Positions 1 to 11,600 of a DNA stretch of 42,805 nucleotides are shown piece after piece. The translations under genes were made by a program, and so were the position numbers. Position 1 is the stretch's first letter. Each line of letters opens with the position of its first letter. The stretch is from Octopus bimaculoides (lineage: Eukaryota). The stretch lies in assembly GCF_001194135.2 (NCBI RefSeq), contig NC_068994.1, forward strand, positions 49,787,174-49,829,978, in the 5' to 3' direction. The notes under the pieces were generated by a model that saw only the letters and a list, made by a program, of their open reading frames with translations, searched no databases and was not told where the DNA came from.

Positions 1-269
1 TTTCTTCTGCTTAGACACTGGCAATGAACCTTAATATATTTCCATGGCTGCAAAAACTAAAATAAATGACATTATTGTTGTACGTCACATGTCTAGCATA
101 AGTGTAGAACTGCCATTTAACAAAAGGAACAATGATGATGATGATGATGATGATGATGACGATGACGATGGTGGTGGTGATACTTCAGAAAAAAAATGGG
201 AAAGTGCTTCGAAATATTTTAATTGCTTCTGAGCCTTTAGCGCCAACTCGAGGATATTTTGTCGTTCCT

Positions 270-524
270 GTTTTGACCAACCGCTAGCTGACAAAGCCGT
301 AAACAAACCAACACCGGCTGTCAAGACCCTTGCACACACACACACACACATATATACATGAGGAGATTCTTTTAGTTTCCTTCTACCAAATCCACTCTGA
401 GGGACATGGTCGGCTCGGGGATATAGTAACAGAGATTTCCCCCAGGTGCTGTACAGTGGGACTGAACCCACGACCACATGGTTGCGAAGCAAGGTTCTTA
501 ACCACAACATCCACGCCTGCGCCT
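270..524 (-). mobile_element. tRNA-headed SINE, family A, with downstream module
   Basis: Minus strand reads AGGCGCAGGCGTGGATGTTGTGGTTAAG...GGGTTCAGTCCCACTG...GTGGATTTGGTAGAAGGAAAC, matching copies at 18862, 28441 and 37976; B-box-like GGTTCAGTCC. Confidence 0.8.
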
Positions 525-618
525 ATGTACATACAATACACATAAACACACACACACACGTGTGTTTGTGTGCGTGTATGTGTGTGTGTGTGTGTGTATA
601 AATTTATACACACACACA

Positions 619-716
<98 letters not shown>

Positions 717-817
717 NNNNNNNNNNNNNNNNNNNNNNNNNNNNNNNNNNNNNNNNNNNNNNNNNNNNNNNNNNNNNNNNNNNNNNNNNNNNNNNNNNNN
801 NNNNNNNNNNNNNNNNN

Positions 818-872
<55 letters not shown>

Positions 873-1084
873 CGTGTGTGTGTGTCTAGATTCTCTCAAT
901 AACATTCTGAAAGTTTAAATTAAGAACATTTATTAAGGGACTCCTACTCCACTGTAAATTTCTCTGAAGGGATCCATCAGGTATCCACGGACCCTCCACC
1001 TGTTTGGGACCCAACCCTCGGAGTTATGTACCGTCCTGAACCTCCCTTTTATAGGCCCCTATCTATCTATCCATCCATCCATCC

Positions 1085-1119
<35 letters not shown>

Positions 1120-1270
1120 CGTTCATCCATACATATACGTGTATATGTGTGAGCGAGCGCGTGTGTGAATGTGTGCACTTATCTCCGTGTCACATGAACG
1201 GTAATTTCCAAGAATATATATTTCCACTAATTTCGCTTGTCACGTATTTACTAAGACGTGTTTAAATATG

Positions 1271-1313
<43 letters not shown>

Positions 1314-1372
1314 GTATTCAAGTGTTTGCGTATGACATAGGCATTCTTCTAAGTAGGATGCTGTGGATAACA

Positions 1373-1580
1373 TTTAGTTCCAGGTTAGTTCTGATTGAAC
1401 AGTGCAATGATTAAAGGCACTCCAGCCGTGAACATCATGTTTTCATGTAGTATCATCATTATCCAATTATTATTATTTTTTTTTATTTACGATAGCTCAC
1501 AAGTGATTTCAGTGTGATTTCGTTGCTATTTCTAACAACCCGAGCGACCACGTAGTCACCTTCGTTTGTGCTTCCGCCCA
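1373..1580 (-). mobile_element. Family C short element (HDV-like head), near full length
   Basis: TTTAGTTCCAGGTTAG...AAAGGCACTCCAGCCGTGAACATC...GTGTGATTTCGTTGCTATTTCTAACAACCCGAGCGACCACGTAG; same module order as the other copies. Confidence 0.75.
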
Positions 1581-1676
1581 TGAATACACATACATACTCA
1601 TACGCATACATTCATAGATGTACATACATGTAAACACACACACACACTCTCTCTCTTTCTGTCTGTCTGTCTGTCA

Positions 1677-1728
<52 letters not shown>

Positions 1729-1769
1729 ACTACACACGTCTTTTAAATATCAGACCGAGGAGGCTTAGA

Positions 1770-2008
1770 TGGGTTCGCTACACAGTCGCTAGCCTGACCT
1801 GCCTTCCAGAAATAGCAGCCAAAAACTCTTCATATCCTAGTCTGCCGTCTTAAAGTATGGAGGACACATTGAATGAGAATGTAGTTCCGGATATATACTC
1901 TCTAGCCAAGAAATTAAAAGGAAACGTGTTAGTCACGGCTGGAAAGCTTTTGATCACAAGCCTGCTAGATAAGAGATGACCTGAAATTAAACAAGTTCAA
2001 CAACAAAA
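1770..2008 (+). mobile_element. Family C short element, near full length with (CAA)n tail
   Basis: AGAAATAGCAGCCAAA...CCGTCTTAAAG...GGACACATTG...AGTCACGGCTGGAAAGCTTTTGATCA...GATGACCTGAAATTAAACAAGTTCAACAACAA. Confidence 0.75.
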
Positions 2009-2039
2009 CTGAGTGCAGTTCACTTTAATGCATGTGTAT

Positions 2040-2076
2040 GTGTATTTGGTAAGCGGAAACTAAAAGAAGCCCATCG

Positions 2077-2108
<32 letters not shown>

Positions 2109-2119
2109 CATACGATGGG

Positions 2120-2157
<38 letters not shown>
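2040..2157 (+). mobile_element. 5'-truncated family A SINE running into (TA)n
   Basis: GTATTTGGTAAGCGGAAACTAAAAGAAGCCCATCGTA followed by (TA)n and a gap. Confidence 0.7.
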
Positions 2158-3135
2158 NNNNNNNNNNNNNNNNNNNNNNNNNNNNNNNNNNNNNNNNNNN
2201 NNNNNNNNNNNNNNNNNNNNNNNNNNNNNNNNNNNNNNNNNNNNNNNNNNNNNNNNNNNNNNNNNNNNNNNNNNNNNNNNNNNNNNNNNNNNNNNNNNNN
2301 NNNNNNNNNNNNNNNNNNNNNNNNNNNNNNNNNNNNNNNNNNNNNNNNNNNNNNNNNNNNNNNNNNNNNNNNNNNNNNNNNNNNNNNNNNNNNNNNNNNN
2401 NNNNNNNNNNNNNNNNNNNNNNNNNNNNNNNNNNNNNNNNNNNNNNNNNNNNNNNNNNNNNNNNNNNNNNNNNNNNNNNNNNNNNNNNNNNNNNNNNNNN
2501 NNNNNNNNNNNNNNNNNNNNNNNNNNNNNNNNNNNNNNNNNNNNNNNNNNNNNNNNNNNNNNNNNNNNNNNNNNNNNNNNNNNNNNNNNNNNNNNNNNNN
2601 NNNNNNNNNNNNNNNNNNNNNNNNNNNNNNNNNNNNNNNNNNNNNNNNNNNNNNNNNNNNNNNNNNNNNNNNNNNNNNNNNNNNNNNNNNNNNNNNNNNN
2701 NNNNNNNNNNNNNNNNNNNNNNNNNNNNNNNNNNNNNNNNNNNNNNNNNNNNNNNNNNNNNNNNNNNNNNNNNNNNNNNNNNNNNNNNNNNNNNNNNNNN
2801 NNNNNNNNNNNNNNNNNNNNNNNNNNNNNNNNNNNNNNNNNNNNNNNNNNNNNNNNNNNNNNNNNNNNNNNNNNNNNNNNNNNNNNNNNNNNNNNNNNNN
2901 NNNNNNNNNNNNNNNNNNNNNNNNNNNNNNNNNNNNNNNNNNNNNNNNNNNNNNNNNNNNNNNNNNNNNNNNNNNNNNNNNNNNNNNNNNNNNNNNNNNN
3001 NNNNNNNNNNNNNNNNNNNNNNNNNNNNNNNNNNNNNNNNNNNNNNNNNNNNNNNNNNNNNNNNNNNATATATATACGCGTATATAGACGTACATACGTG
3101 AATATAATGTGTATGTATGTACGTATGTATAAATT

Positions 3136-3840
3136 AGAGAAACATCCGAATACGCAGCCACCTTAGTTCCCTATCAAAACACTGCACTGACACCACTAAA
3201 TTACCACTACTACAGCAACTATTATCCACAACTACCACGGCCAGAACTGGTGCAACCACGTCTGTCAATACTACTCCCACCACCATTGACACCATTAACA
3301 CTAACACGACGATTACGACTATTAACAATGATATTATTACTAATACAATTGCTACCACCCCTGTTGGTGTTACTCTTACCGCCGCTCCTGTTACTACCAT
3401 AACGTTACGATTTCCTGACACCGCTACTCATAGCTATGTGTACAACGAACATCAGCATCATCATTAGCATTAGCATTAGCATTAGCACAATCACCACTTT
3501 CTCTTTAGCCGTTAGTGTATCTACTCCGACTATACCTCCCGTCTGGTCTGTTACGTTTTCTACATTTTCTTTTATTCCCCCCCTCACCGTGACTTTCTTT
3601 CGTCCTAATTCAAAAGCGTCCACCTCCGCTACCAACACCACCACCACCACCACCACCATCATACACTGCAACGCCGGCTACGACTTCTGCTGGTGCTACC
3701 TTCCTACTTCTGCTACCACCACTGTCAGCATGTACTAACACTACTACTAATACTTGTAAGTGTTCTACTGCATCNNNNNNNNNNACTGTCAGCATGTACT
3801 AACACTACTACTAATACTTGTAAGTGTTCTACTGCATCTC

Positions 3841-3871
<31 letters not shown>

Positions 3872-4860
3872 ATCTATGCATTTATACAGCTATTCCCCCT
3901 CCCACCACCGTACTACTGTAGAACCAGTGCTGTCACGACCACTACTGCAGCTGCTGCTGTTGTTACTACCACGATCTTTCTTATCTACTCACACCACTAC
4001 CAGTAAAATCGGGGCCATCTCCACCGCCACCACTCGTAGCATTACCTACTTACTGTATATGCAAACTGCTGCTACTACGATTGTTTGCATCTACTGACAC
4101 TGCCACCCACCACTAATCAGCAGCAGGTCTACTGTCACCACTACGGCATCGCGCGCGCACGCACGCTACTGTCACCACCGTCACCACCATCGCCAGAGTG
4201 TTCCACTATCTCTGCTACCACGACGGTTGGCATTTACTCACACCGCTCCCACCAACTAGTCAGCATGTCTACTGTCACCACCTCCTATACCGTCGTCATC
4301 ATCATAATCATCACTCCCCCCACCACCACTACTGAATGACCTACTATTATTGCTACCATCACAGTCAACACATACTCACACCACTACCCAGCAGCACCAC
4401 CGCCATCGCCAACTCCACTACCGCTGATATAACCTCTGTTGCTACCTTGTCACTTGACATCTACTGACACCATTCCTCCCATTTAGATTTAACTCCTCAC
4501 CGCCAACTCCACAACGGCTATCACCACTGTTGCTACCACGGCAATCAGCCTTAGCTCACACCGCTACCATTATCACCACCGCTGTCAACTCCCTCAATAT
4601 TACTTCTGCTGCTACCACCACAATCGGCCTTAACTCACACCGCCACTGCTATCACCACCGCCGGCATCTCCCTCATTATTATTATTATTTCTGCTGCTAC
4701 CACCACAATCAGCCTTAACTCACACCGCCACTGCTATCACCACCGCCGGCATCTCCTCGTTGTTACAATTATTTCTGTTGCTACCACCACTGTTGGCATC
4801 TCCTGGCACCATTACCACCATTCAGTTTCTCTACTGCCACTACCACCACCAATAGCAACA
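3136..4860. repeat. Cryptic (ACC/ACT/CAC)-rich low-complexity region
   Basis: Degenerate trinucleotide periodicity over about 1.7 kb; Thr-rich open stretches switch frame and are broken by stops. Confidence 0.8.
4542..4789. repeat. Minisatellite, 3 copies of a 79-85 bp unit
   Basis: Units start CAATC(A/G)GCCTTA(G/A)CTCACACCGC at 4542, 4621 and 4706 and end TTCTG(C/T)TGCTACCACCA. Confidence 0.85.
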
Positions 4861-6329
4861 AACCTAGCAGTGTTATATATAGTTTGTTGTGTGTTTACAA
4901 TTGCATCGTCTCTCTCTCTCTCACTCTCTCTCTCTCTCCACACACACACACACATATACACACACAAACACACACACACATACATACATGCATGTATGTA
5001 TATGCCTTCAGCCATACATTCGAGATTATATATGTATATATACACTCACACAGAGGCACATACACGTAGAGAAAAGACGGAGGAAGAGAAAGTGTGTGAG
5101 AGCGTGAAAGATATATATATATATATATGTATGTATATATATATGTATATATCTAGGCAGATATATGTATATATCTAGGCAGATGTATGTATATATATAA
5201 GTGTGGAATATATATATATAATATATATTTATAATATATAATATAATATATACATGTATATATATATACACCACACTGACAGAGCTGGTACACGTGTGTA
5301 TATAGATACATATACACAGTTGTCATATTTCACATGGTCTTCTGACATTTTACAAAATTGTCAATGAGAGAAAAACGAGAGATGAACACATAGAGAGAGG
5401 GAGAGAAAGAGAGTGTATATATTTATTATATATACCAAGGAAAGAGACACATAGGGAGAGAAAGTGTGTATATATATTTATATATGCATCTGTATACCAA
5501 GTTGACACATAGGAGAAAAAGTGGAAAATTATATACACATTTATCAACAACAGGCCACGTTTAAAAAATACCCCAGAAAACTGTAAGCATATATATATAG
5601 ATATATAGATACATAAATACATTATCATATATATATATTTATACATTTATATATTTATATATTTATACAATATAGAGCTTGACATATGTATATATATTTG
5701 CATATATACATAAGTATATAAATGTGTATTTATACATTGGCATAGAAACAAAAAGAAAAAAAGAAAAAAAAATTGCACAAGCGTATACGCATGTATTGTT
5801 GAAGTTTTTACTTGTGTGTCTGTCTATATATATGTATATATACACATGCATATATGCATATATTTTAACATCCATCCATCCATCCATCCATCAGTTCATC
5901 ACTAAACAGAAATTCACACACACATATATATATACATAGATATATATAATATATATCTATATATATATTTATATACACATATTGTCACATAGATACACAA
6001 CTGTATACGCAATCTACACACATTTTTTTTTTCAATACTGTTCTGTATATTTACACATTTTGTGAAGTTACCACCAGCAACCGTGCAACACACAACACAC
6101 AGATCTATATAATAGTATATATATTGTATATATACCTATATATAGTATATATTCTGATATATATATATATTTATAATCCCACATACAGAATACTTAAAAC
6201 TTTCACAAATATATATATTTATATAGATATAGATATATAGATATATATATATATATACAGGCATACATATATATATATATAAATATAATTCACATATCAG
6301 TTATATTCCATACTATATCATATACATAA

Positions 6330-6369
<40 letters not shown>

Positions 6370-6569
6370 CATATACCATACCATTTGCTATAGTTTATTT
6401 ACCATATTACCAAAATTATATGAAGTGTTATAACTAACAGAGAAACTCCATAAGTAAGAGGTGATTCCAGTGAGATTTTTCCAAACTCCAAAAAAAAAAA
6501 AAAATATTCTAAGTTCTTCGGAAACCTAAATAAAAATTTAAAATTTAAAAAAAAAAAAAAAAAGGAACC

Positions 6570-6624
6570 ATGAACATCGCACAGTTAATAAGGGCTGCTG
6601 AGTTCCTGGAAAGGAAAGACAGAG
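6570..6624 (+). CDS. MXI1: First coding exon of a Mad/Mxd/Mxi1-family MAX-interacting transcriptional repressor (Sin3-interaction domain)
   Basis: ATG AAC ATC GCA CAG TTA ATA AGG GCT GCT GAG TTC CTG GAA AGG AAA GAC AGA G = MNIAQLIRAAEFLERKDR+G. It resembles the SID as I recall it: MXD1 MNIQMLLEAADYLERRERE, MXI1 INVQRLLEAAEFLERRERE, MXD4 LLEAAEYLERRDRE. Start context ACC-ATG, in-frame TAA upstream (6546-6548), donor AG|GTATGT at the phase-1 position inside the Glu codon that precedes AEHGYAS. The symbol is a family-level call; the paralog cannot be resolved from 18 aa. Confidence 0.9.
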
Positions 6625-6630
6625 GTATGT
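6622..6630 (+). promoter_or_regulatory. 5' splice donor GAG|GTATGT, phase 1
   Basis: Near-consensus donor directly after the SID codons, followed by an (ATT)n tract. Confidence 0.85.
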
Positions 6631-6633
6631 GGA

Positions 6634-6635
<2 letters not shown>

Positions 6636-6709
<74 letters not shown>
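6636..6709. repeat. (ATT)n microsatellite just inside the intron
   Basis: About 24 pure ATT units starting about 10 nt after the donor. Confidence 0.95.
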
Positions 6710-7004
6710 TGTCAGTTATTGTTTTGTTATTTAATGTTCGTTATTGTTTGTTATATACTACCATCGTTTCTTGGGACATCTTTTCAGTTTGTGTGTGTAT
6801 GTATGTATGTATGTATGTATGTATGTATGTGTGAGTGTGTATGTATGTATGTGTGTATGTATGTATGTATGTATGTATGTGTGTATGTATTTATGTGTCT
6901 ATCTATCTATCTATACACACAAACACACATGTATATTTATCTTCATCTGCCTGTCTGCCTATTTCTATATATGTATGTCTGTCAGGCTGTCTATTTCGTA
7001 TGTG

Positions 7005-7036
<32 letters not shown>

Positions 7037-7219
7037 CACACACACAAACACGTGTATATACACGCATTGATACATCCATATAGATTGATTGATGTATACA
7101 TCCATTCACAACGAACACATGTCTATATGGATCGGGCTGTCACCGTGCCTCTTGCTATGTATACATGTCCCTGTGTATATAATACCAGTGAACATATGCG
7201 GTGGTTATACTTGCTATTA

Positions 7220-7258
<39 letters not shown>

Positions 7259-8650
7259 CTGAGTCGTGTATGTATCTGTATGTGTGAATGTATGGATGTA
7301 TATGTAGGCATGTGTATATGTATGTACATCTGTGCTTATAAAAATCTGCTGTATATAGGTCCATACCAGTTACCTGTGTGTATATTTATACCTGAATGCC
7401 GCTCATATATATATATATATATANNNNNNNNNNNNNNNNNNNNNNNNNNNNNNNNNNNNNNNNNNNNNNNNNNNNNNNNNNNNNNNNNNNNNNNNNNNNN
7501 NNNNNNNNNNNNNNNNNNNNNNNNNNNNNNNNNNNNNNNNNNNNNNNNNNNNNNNNNNNNNNNNNNNNNNNNNNNNNNNNNNNNNNNNNNNNNNNNNNNN
7601 NNNNNNNNNNNNNNNNNNNNNNNNNNNNNNNNNNNNNNNNNNNNNNNNNNNNNNNNNNNNNNNNNNNNNNNNNNNNNNNNNNNNNNNNNNNNNNNNNNNN
7701 NNNNNNNNNNNNNNNNNNNNNNNNNNNNNNNNNNNNNNNNNNNNNNNNNNNNNNNNNNNNNNNNNNNNNNNNNNNNNNNNNNNNNNNNNNNNNNNNNNNN
7801 NNNNNNNNNNNNNNNNNNNNNNNNNNNNNNNNNNNNNNNNNNNNNNNNNNNNNNNNNNNNNNNNNNNNNNNNNNNNNNNNNNNNNNNNNNNNNNNNNNNN
7901 NNNNNNNNNNNNNNNNNNNNNNNNNNNNNNNNNNNNNNNNNNNNNNNNNNNNNNNNNNNNNNNNNNNNNNNNNNNNNNNNNNNNNNNNNNNNNNNNNNNN
8001 NNNNNNNNNNNNNNNNNNNNNNNNNNNNNNNNNNNNNNNNNNNNNNNNNNNNNNNNNNNNNNNNNNNNNNNNNNNNNNNNNNNNNNNNNNNNNNNNNNNN
8101 NNNNNNNNNNNNNNNNNNNNNNNNNNNNNNNNNNNNNNNNNNNNNNNNNNNNNNNNNNNNNNNNNNNNNNNNNNNNNNNNNNNNNNNNNNNNNNNNNNNN
8201 NNNNNNNNNNNNNNNNNNNNNNNNNNNNNNNNNNNNNNNNNNNNNNNNNNNNNNNNNNNNNNNNNNNNNNNNNNNNNNNNNNNNNNNNNNNNNNNNNNNN
8301 NNNNNNNNNNNNNNNNNNATATATATATATATATATATACATATACACATTATTCAAATATATGTTTAGTAAATATAATATATACTTATATTGTGTATAT
8401 AAGTTATAAATATATGTTATACGCAAGCACACACACACATATATACACACATATGTACATAAGAATTTGTATACTTTGGCATTGCACGAATAGTATAAGC
8501 TGTACATGAGTTTAAGATAAATATATATAGTTTTAATACTGTGAAACTTAGTTTAATTTCAGTTTTTATAAATTGATTTTAATTGAGTTTTTACCTGTAA
8601 TTAGACAGATAGACAGATATAGATAGACAGACAGATGGCTACATAGACAG

Positions 8651-8719
<69 letters not shown>

Positions 8720-8969
8720 TACACACGTGTGTGTGTGTGCGTGTATCCAACTTTTGTAGGCCTTATACCTTTTATTTCTTCCAGAAGTTTTTATGGTCGT
8801 CTATTATTGACTGTTGTCAGTGTCTTACTATAAACACACTGCCTAGTAAAATACTCCACATTTATTCTATACACATACATAAATACGTATAGTGCTTTAG
8901 GCGTGTATACATACACGTGTGTGTATATATAAATATATATATATATAGATAGATAGATAGGTAGGTAGG

Positions 8970-9000
<31 letters not shown>

Positions 9001-9442
9001 ATGTGTGTGTATACACGCCNNNNNNNNNNNNNNNNNNNNNNNNNNNNNNNNNNNNNNNNNNNNNNNNNNNNNNNNNNNNNNNNNNNNNNNNNNNNNNNNN
9101 NNNNNNNNNNNNNNNNNNNNNNNNNNNNNNNNNNNNNNNNNNNNNNNNNNNNNNNNNNNNNNNNNNNNNNNNNNNNNNNNNNNNNNNNNNNNNNNNNNNN
9201 NNNNNNNNNNNNNNNNNNNNNNNNNNNNNNNNNNNNNNNNNNNNNNNNNNNNNNNNNNNNNNNNNNNNNNNNNNNNNNNNNNNNNNNNNNNNNNNNNNNN
9301 NNNNNNNNNNNNNNNNNNNNNNNNNNNNNNNNNNNNNNNNNNNNNNNNNNNNNNNNNNNNNNNNNNNNNNNNNNNNNNNNNNNNNNNNNNNNNNNNNNNN
9401 NNNNNNNNNNNNNNNNNNNNNNNNTGTGTGTGTGTGTATGTA

Positions 9443-9487
<45 letters not shown>

Positions 9488-9770
9488 GTGTGTATATGAA
9501 TATAAACATATATACATACACACTCATGTATGAATACTATATATACACATATGTATGTATATTATATTTATATTTACTTATATGTGAATATATATATATT
9601 ATATGTGTGAGTGTGTATATGTATGTATATATTATAGATATATATACACGTGTTTTTCTGTATATATTCGTGTGCATATATATATATATATATATGAATA
9701 CATATTATGACAACTATACATATAACGTGTCTATATATGTACGTCTTACTCACACATGGTCTTAATTGTG

Positions 9771-9802
<32 letters not shown>

Positions 9803-10087
9803 TGTATGTATGTATCTATCTATCTCTCTATCTATCTATCTCTGTCTCTCACTGTGTCTCCCTCTTTCTCTGTCTATCATTCGATTCATCATGTATTTAG
9901 ATACGTGTTCGTTCGTTTGTTTGTTATTTTTTTAACAAGGAAAACCCATCATGGCCTGTTTCATTCTGTGGGACTTTCGTCTGCATACGTACAGTTGCGT
10001 TGACAATATAGTCACTTCTTTTTTGAGCTGTTTGATCACGTACGCACGCTCATTCAGACGTATACAGATCCAAGTCGATGTGTGTGC

Positions 10088-10121
<34 letters not shown>

Positions 10122-10751
10122 NNNNNNNNNNNNNNNNNNNNNNNNNNNNNNNNNNNNNNNNNNNNNNNNNNNNNNNNNNNNNNNNNNNNNNNNNNNNNNN
10201 NNNNNNNNNNNNNNNNNNNNNNNNNNNNNNNNNNNNNNNNNNNNNNNNNNNNNNNNNNNNNNNNNNNNNNNNNNNNNNNNNNNNNNNNNNNNNNNNNNNN
10301 NNNNNNNNNNNNNNNNNNNNNNNNNNNNNNNNNNNNNNNNNNNNNNNNNNNNNNNNNNNNNNNNNNNNNNNNNNNNNNNNNNNNNNNNNNNNNNNNNNNN
10401 NNNNNNNNNNNNNNNNNNNNNNNNNNNNNNNNNNNNNNNNNNNNNNNNNNNNNNNNNNNNNNNNNNNNNNNTATACACTGCACTTTGACAATTTATAAAC
10501 ACGTGGCAGCATACAACGCAAGCATTGATTGTTGCAAAGCTTATATATACACACACATATACATACATGTTATTTTCTATAGGTGTTGTCATATGTATGA
10601 GTGTATACACGTACTTTTTTTTTGTGTGTATACGTTTATTTATATACCCGTATATTGCATATCATGTATACAAAAGCATGTGTGCGCGCGTGTACTTTTT
10701 GTCATGAATTTTGAAACAAGCTGCTCATTGGTACAAACATACATACATATA

Positions 10752-10804
10752 TACATGCTCACTTCACACACGAAAGGCCCTGGGTTCGATCCCCAGCGGA
10801 ACCA
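10752..10804 (+). pseudogene. 5'-truncated tRNA-Val(CAC) relic
   Basis: Anticodon loop TT-CAC-AC (10763-10769), variable loop AGGCC, perfect T-arm CTGGG-TTCGATC-CCCAG (10780-10796), acceptor 3' strand CGGAACC plus discriminator A. The anticodon stem is broken (CTCAC/ACGAA) and the D-arm and 5' acceptor strand are absent. Confidence 0.7.
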
Positions 10805-11049
10805 TTGAGGGTTTTACTTTTACACTGGCGGTGCCCCAGTATGGCCACAGACTTCGAGAATAGAAGTATATATATATATATATTTAAATATATATACATA
10901 TACACATTTATGCGCCACCCCCTCCTCCAAAGTGGCGAGTACATATGTATCAATGTATGTCACCATGTACACATGGCATTAACTCTTAACGAACGTCCTT
11001 CTGACAGTTTACAGTACAAACCACCACCTCAATACCATATCCTCTTACC

Positions 11050-11600
11050 GACACTCACACTCCCTCTCTTCTCTCTTACTCATACCACACATTCATCTCT
11101 CTCTCATTCTCTCTCTGCTCTCTCTAACATCTCTCCCTATTATTAATCATTCTCTCTTTCGCTCTATCTATTTTGTTTCTTTCCCCCTCTCTCTTCTTTT
11201 TCTCTCATTTAATCTTTCTTTTCCTCCTCCCACCTTTCACATAGTCTCTCTTTCTGTCTTCCCCCTTTCCCCTTTCTCTCATTGATACTTTATATCTCTT
11301 TCTCTCTCCTTCTGTTACCTTACGTCTCTCCTTCCTTCCCCCTCCTCCTCTCTCTCTCTCTCCCATGCACTCGATCCTTCGTATCATTTCCTTCCTTCTC
11401 TCTTTCCCCCTCCCTTTGACATTTATACTCTTTCATTTCTCATTGTTTCACCGTCATACCCCCTCCCCCGCTCCCATTCACACTTGTCGTGTATCATTCT
11501 CTCTCTCTCTCTTTCACTCATATTTTCTCTCTTTCTCAATCGTCTTCTCTCTCCCACTCTGTCTTATATTTTCTATCTCCAAACTGTCTCCTCTCACCAT
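11050..11600. repeat. Polypyrimidine (CT-rich) low-complexity tract
   Basis: The + strand is dominated by C/T with imperfect (CT)n over about 550 nt. Confidence 0.85.

Noticed and set aside
3721-3838. Exact 54-bp direct repeat (3721-3774 and 3785-3838)
   Set aside because: The identical copies directly flank a 10-N gap, the typical signature of unmerged overlapping contig ends.
6570-6624. Assignment of the SID exon to MNT
   Set aside because: The MNT SID as I recall it continues LLEAARFLEWQ; the ERKDRE ending and intron position fit the MXD/MXI1 group.
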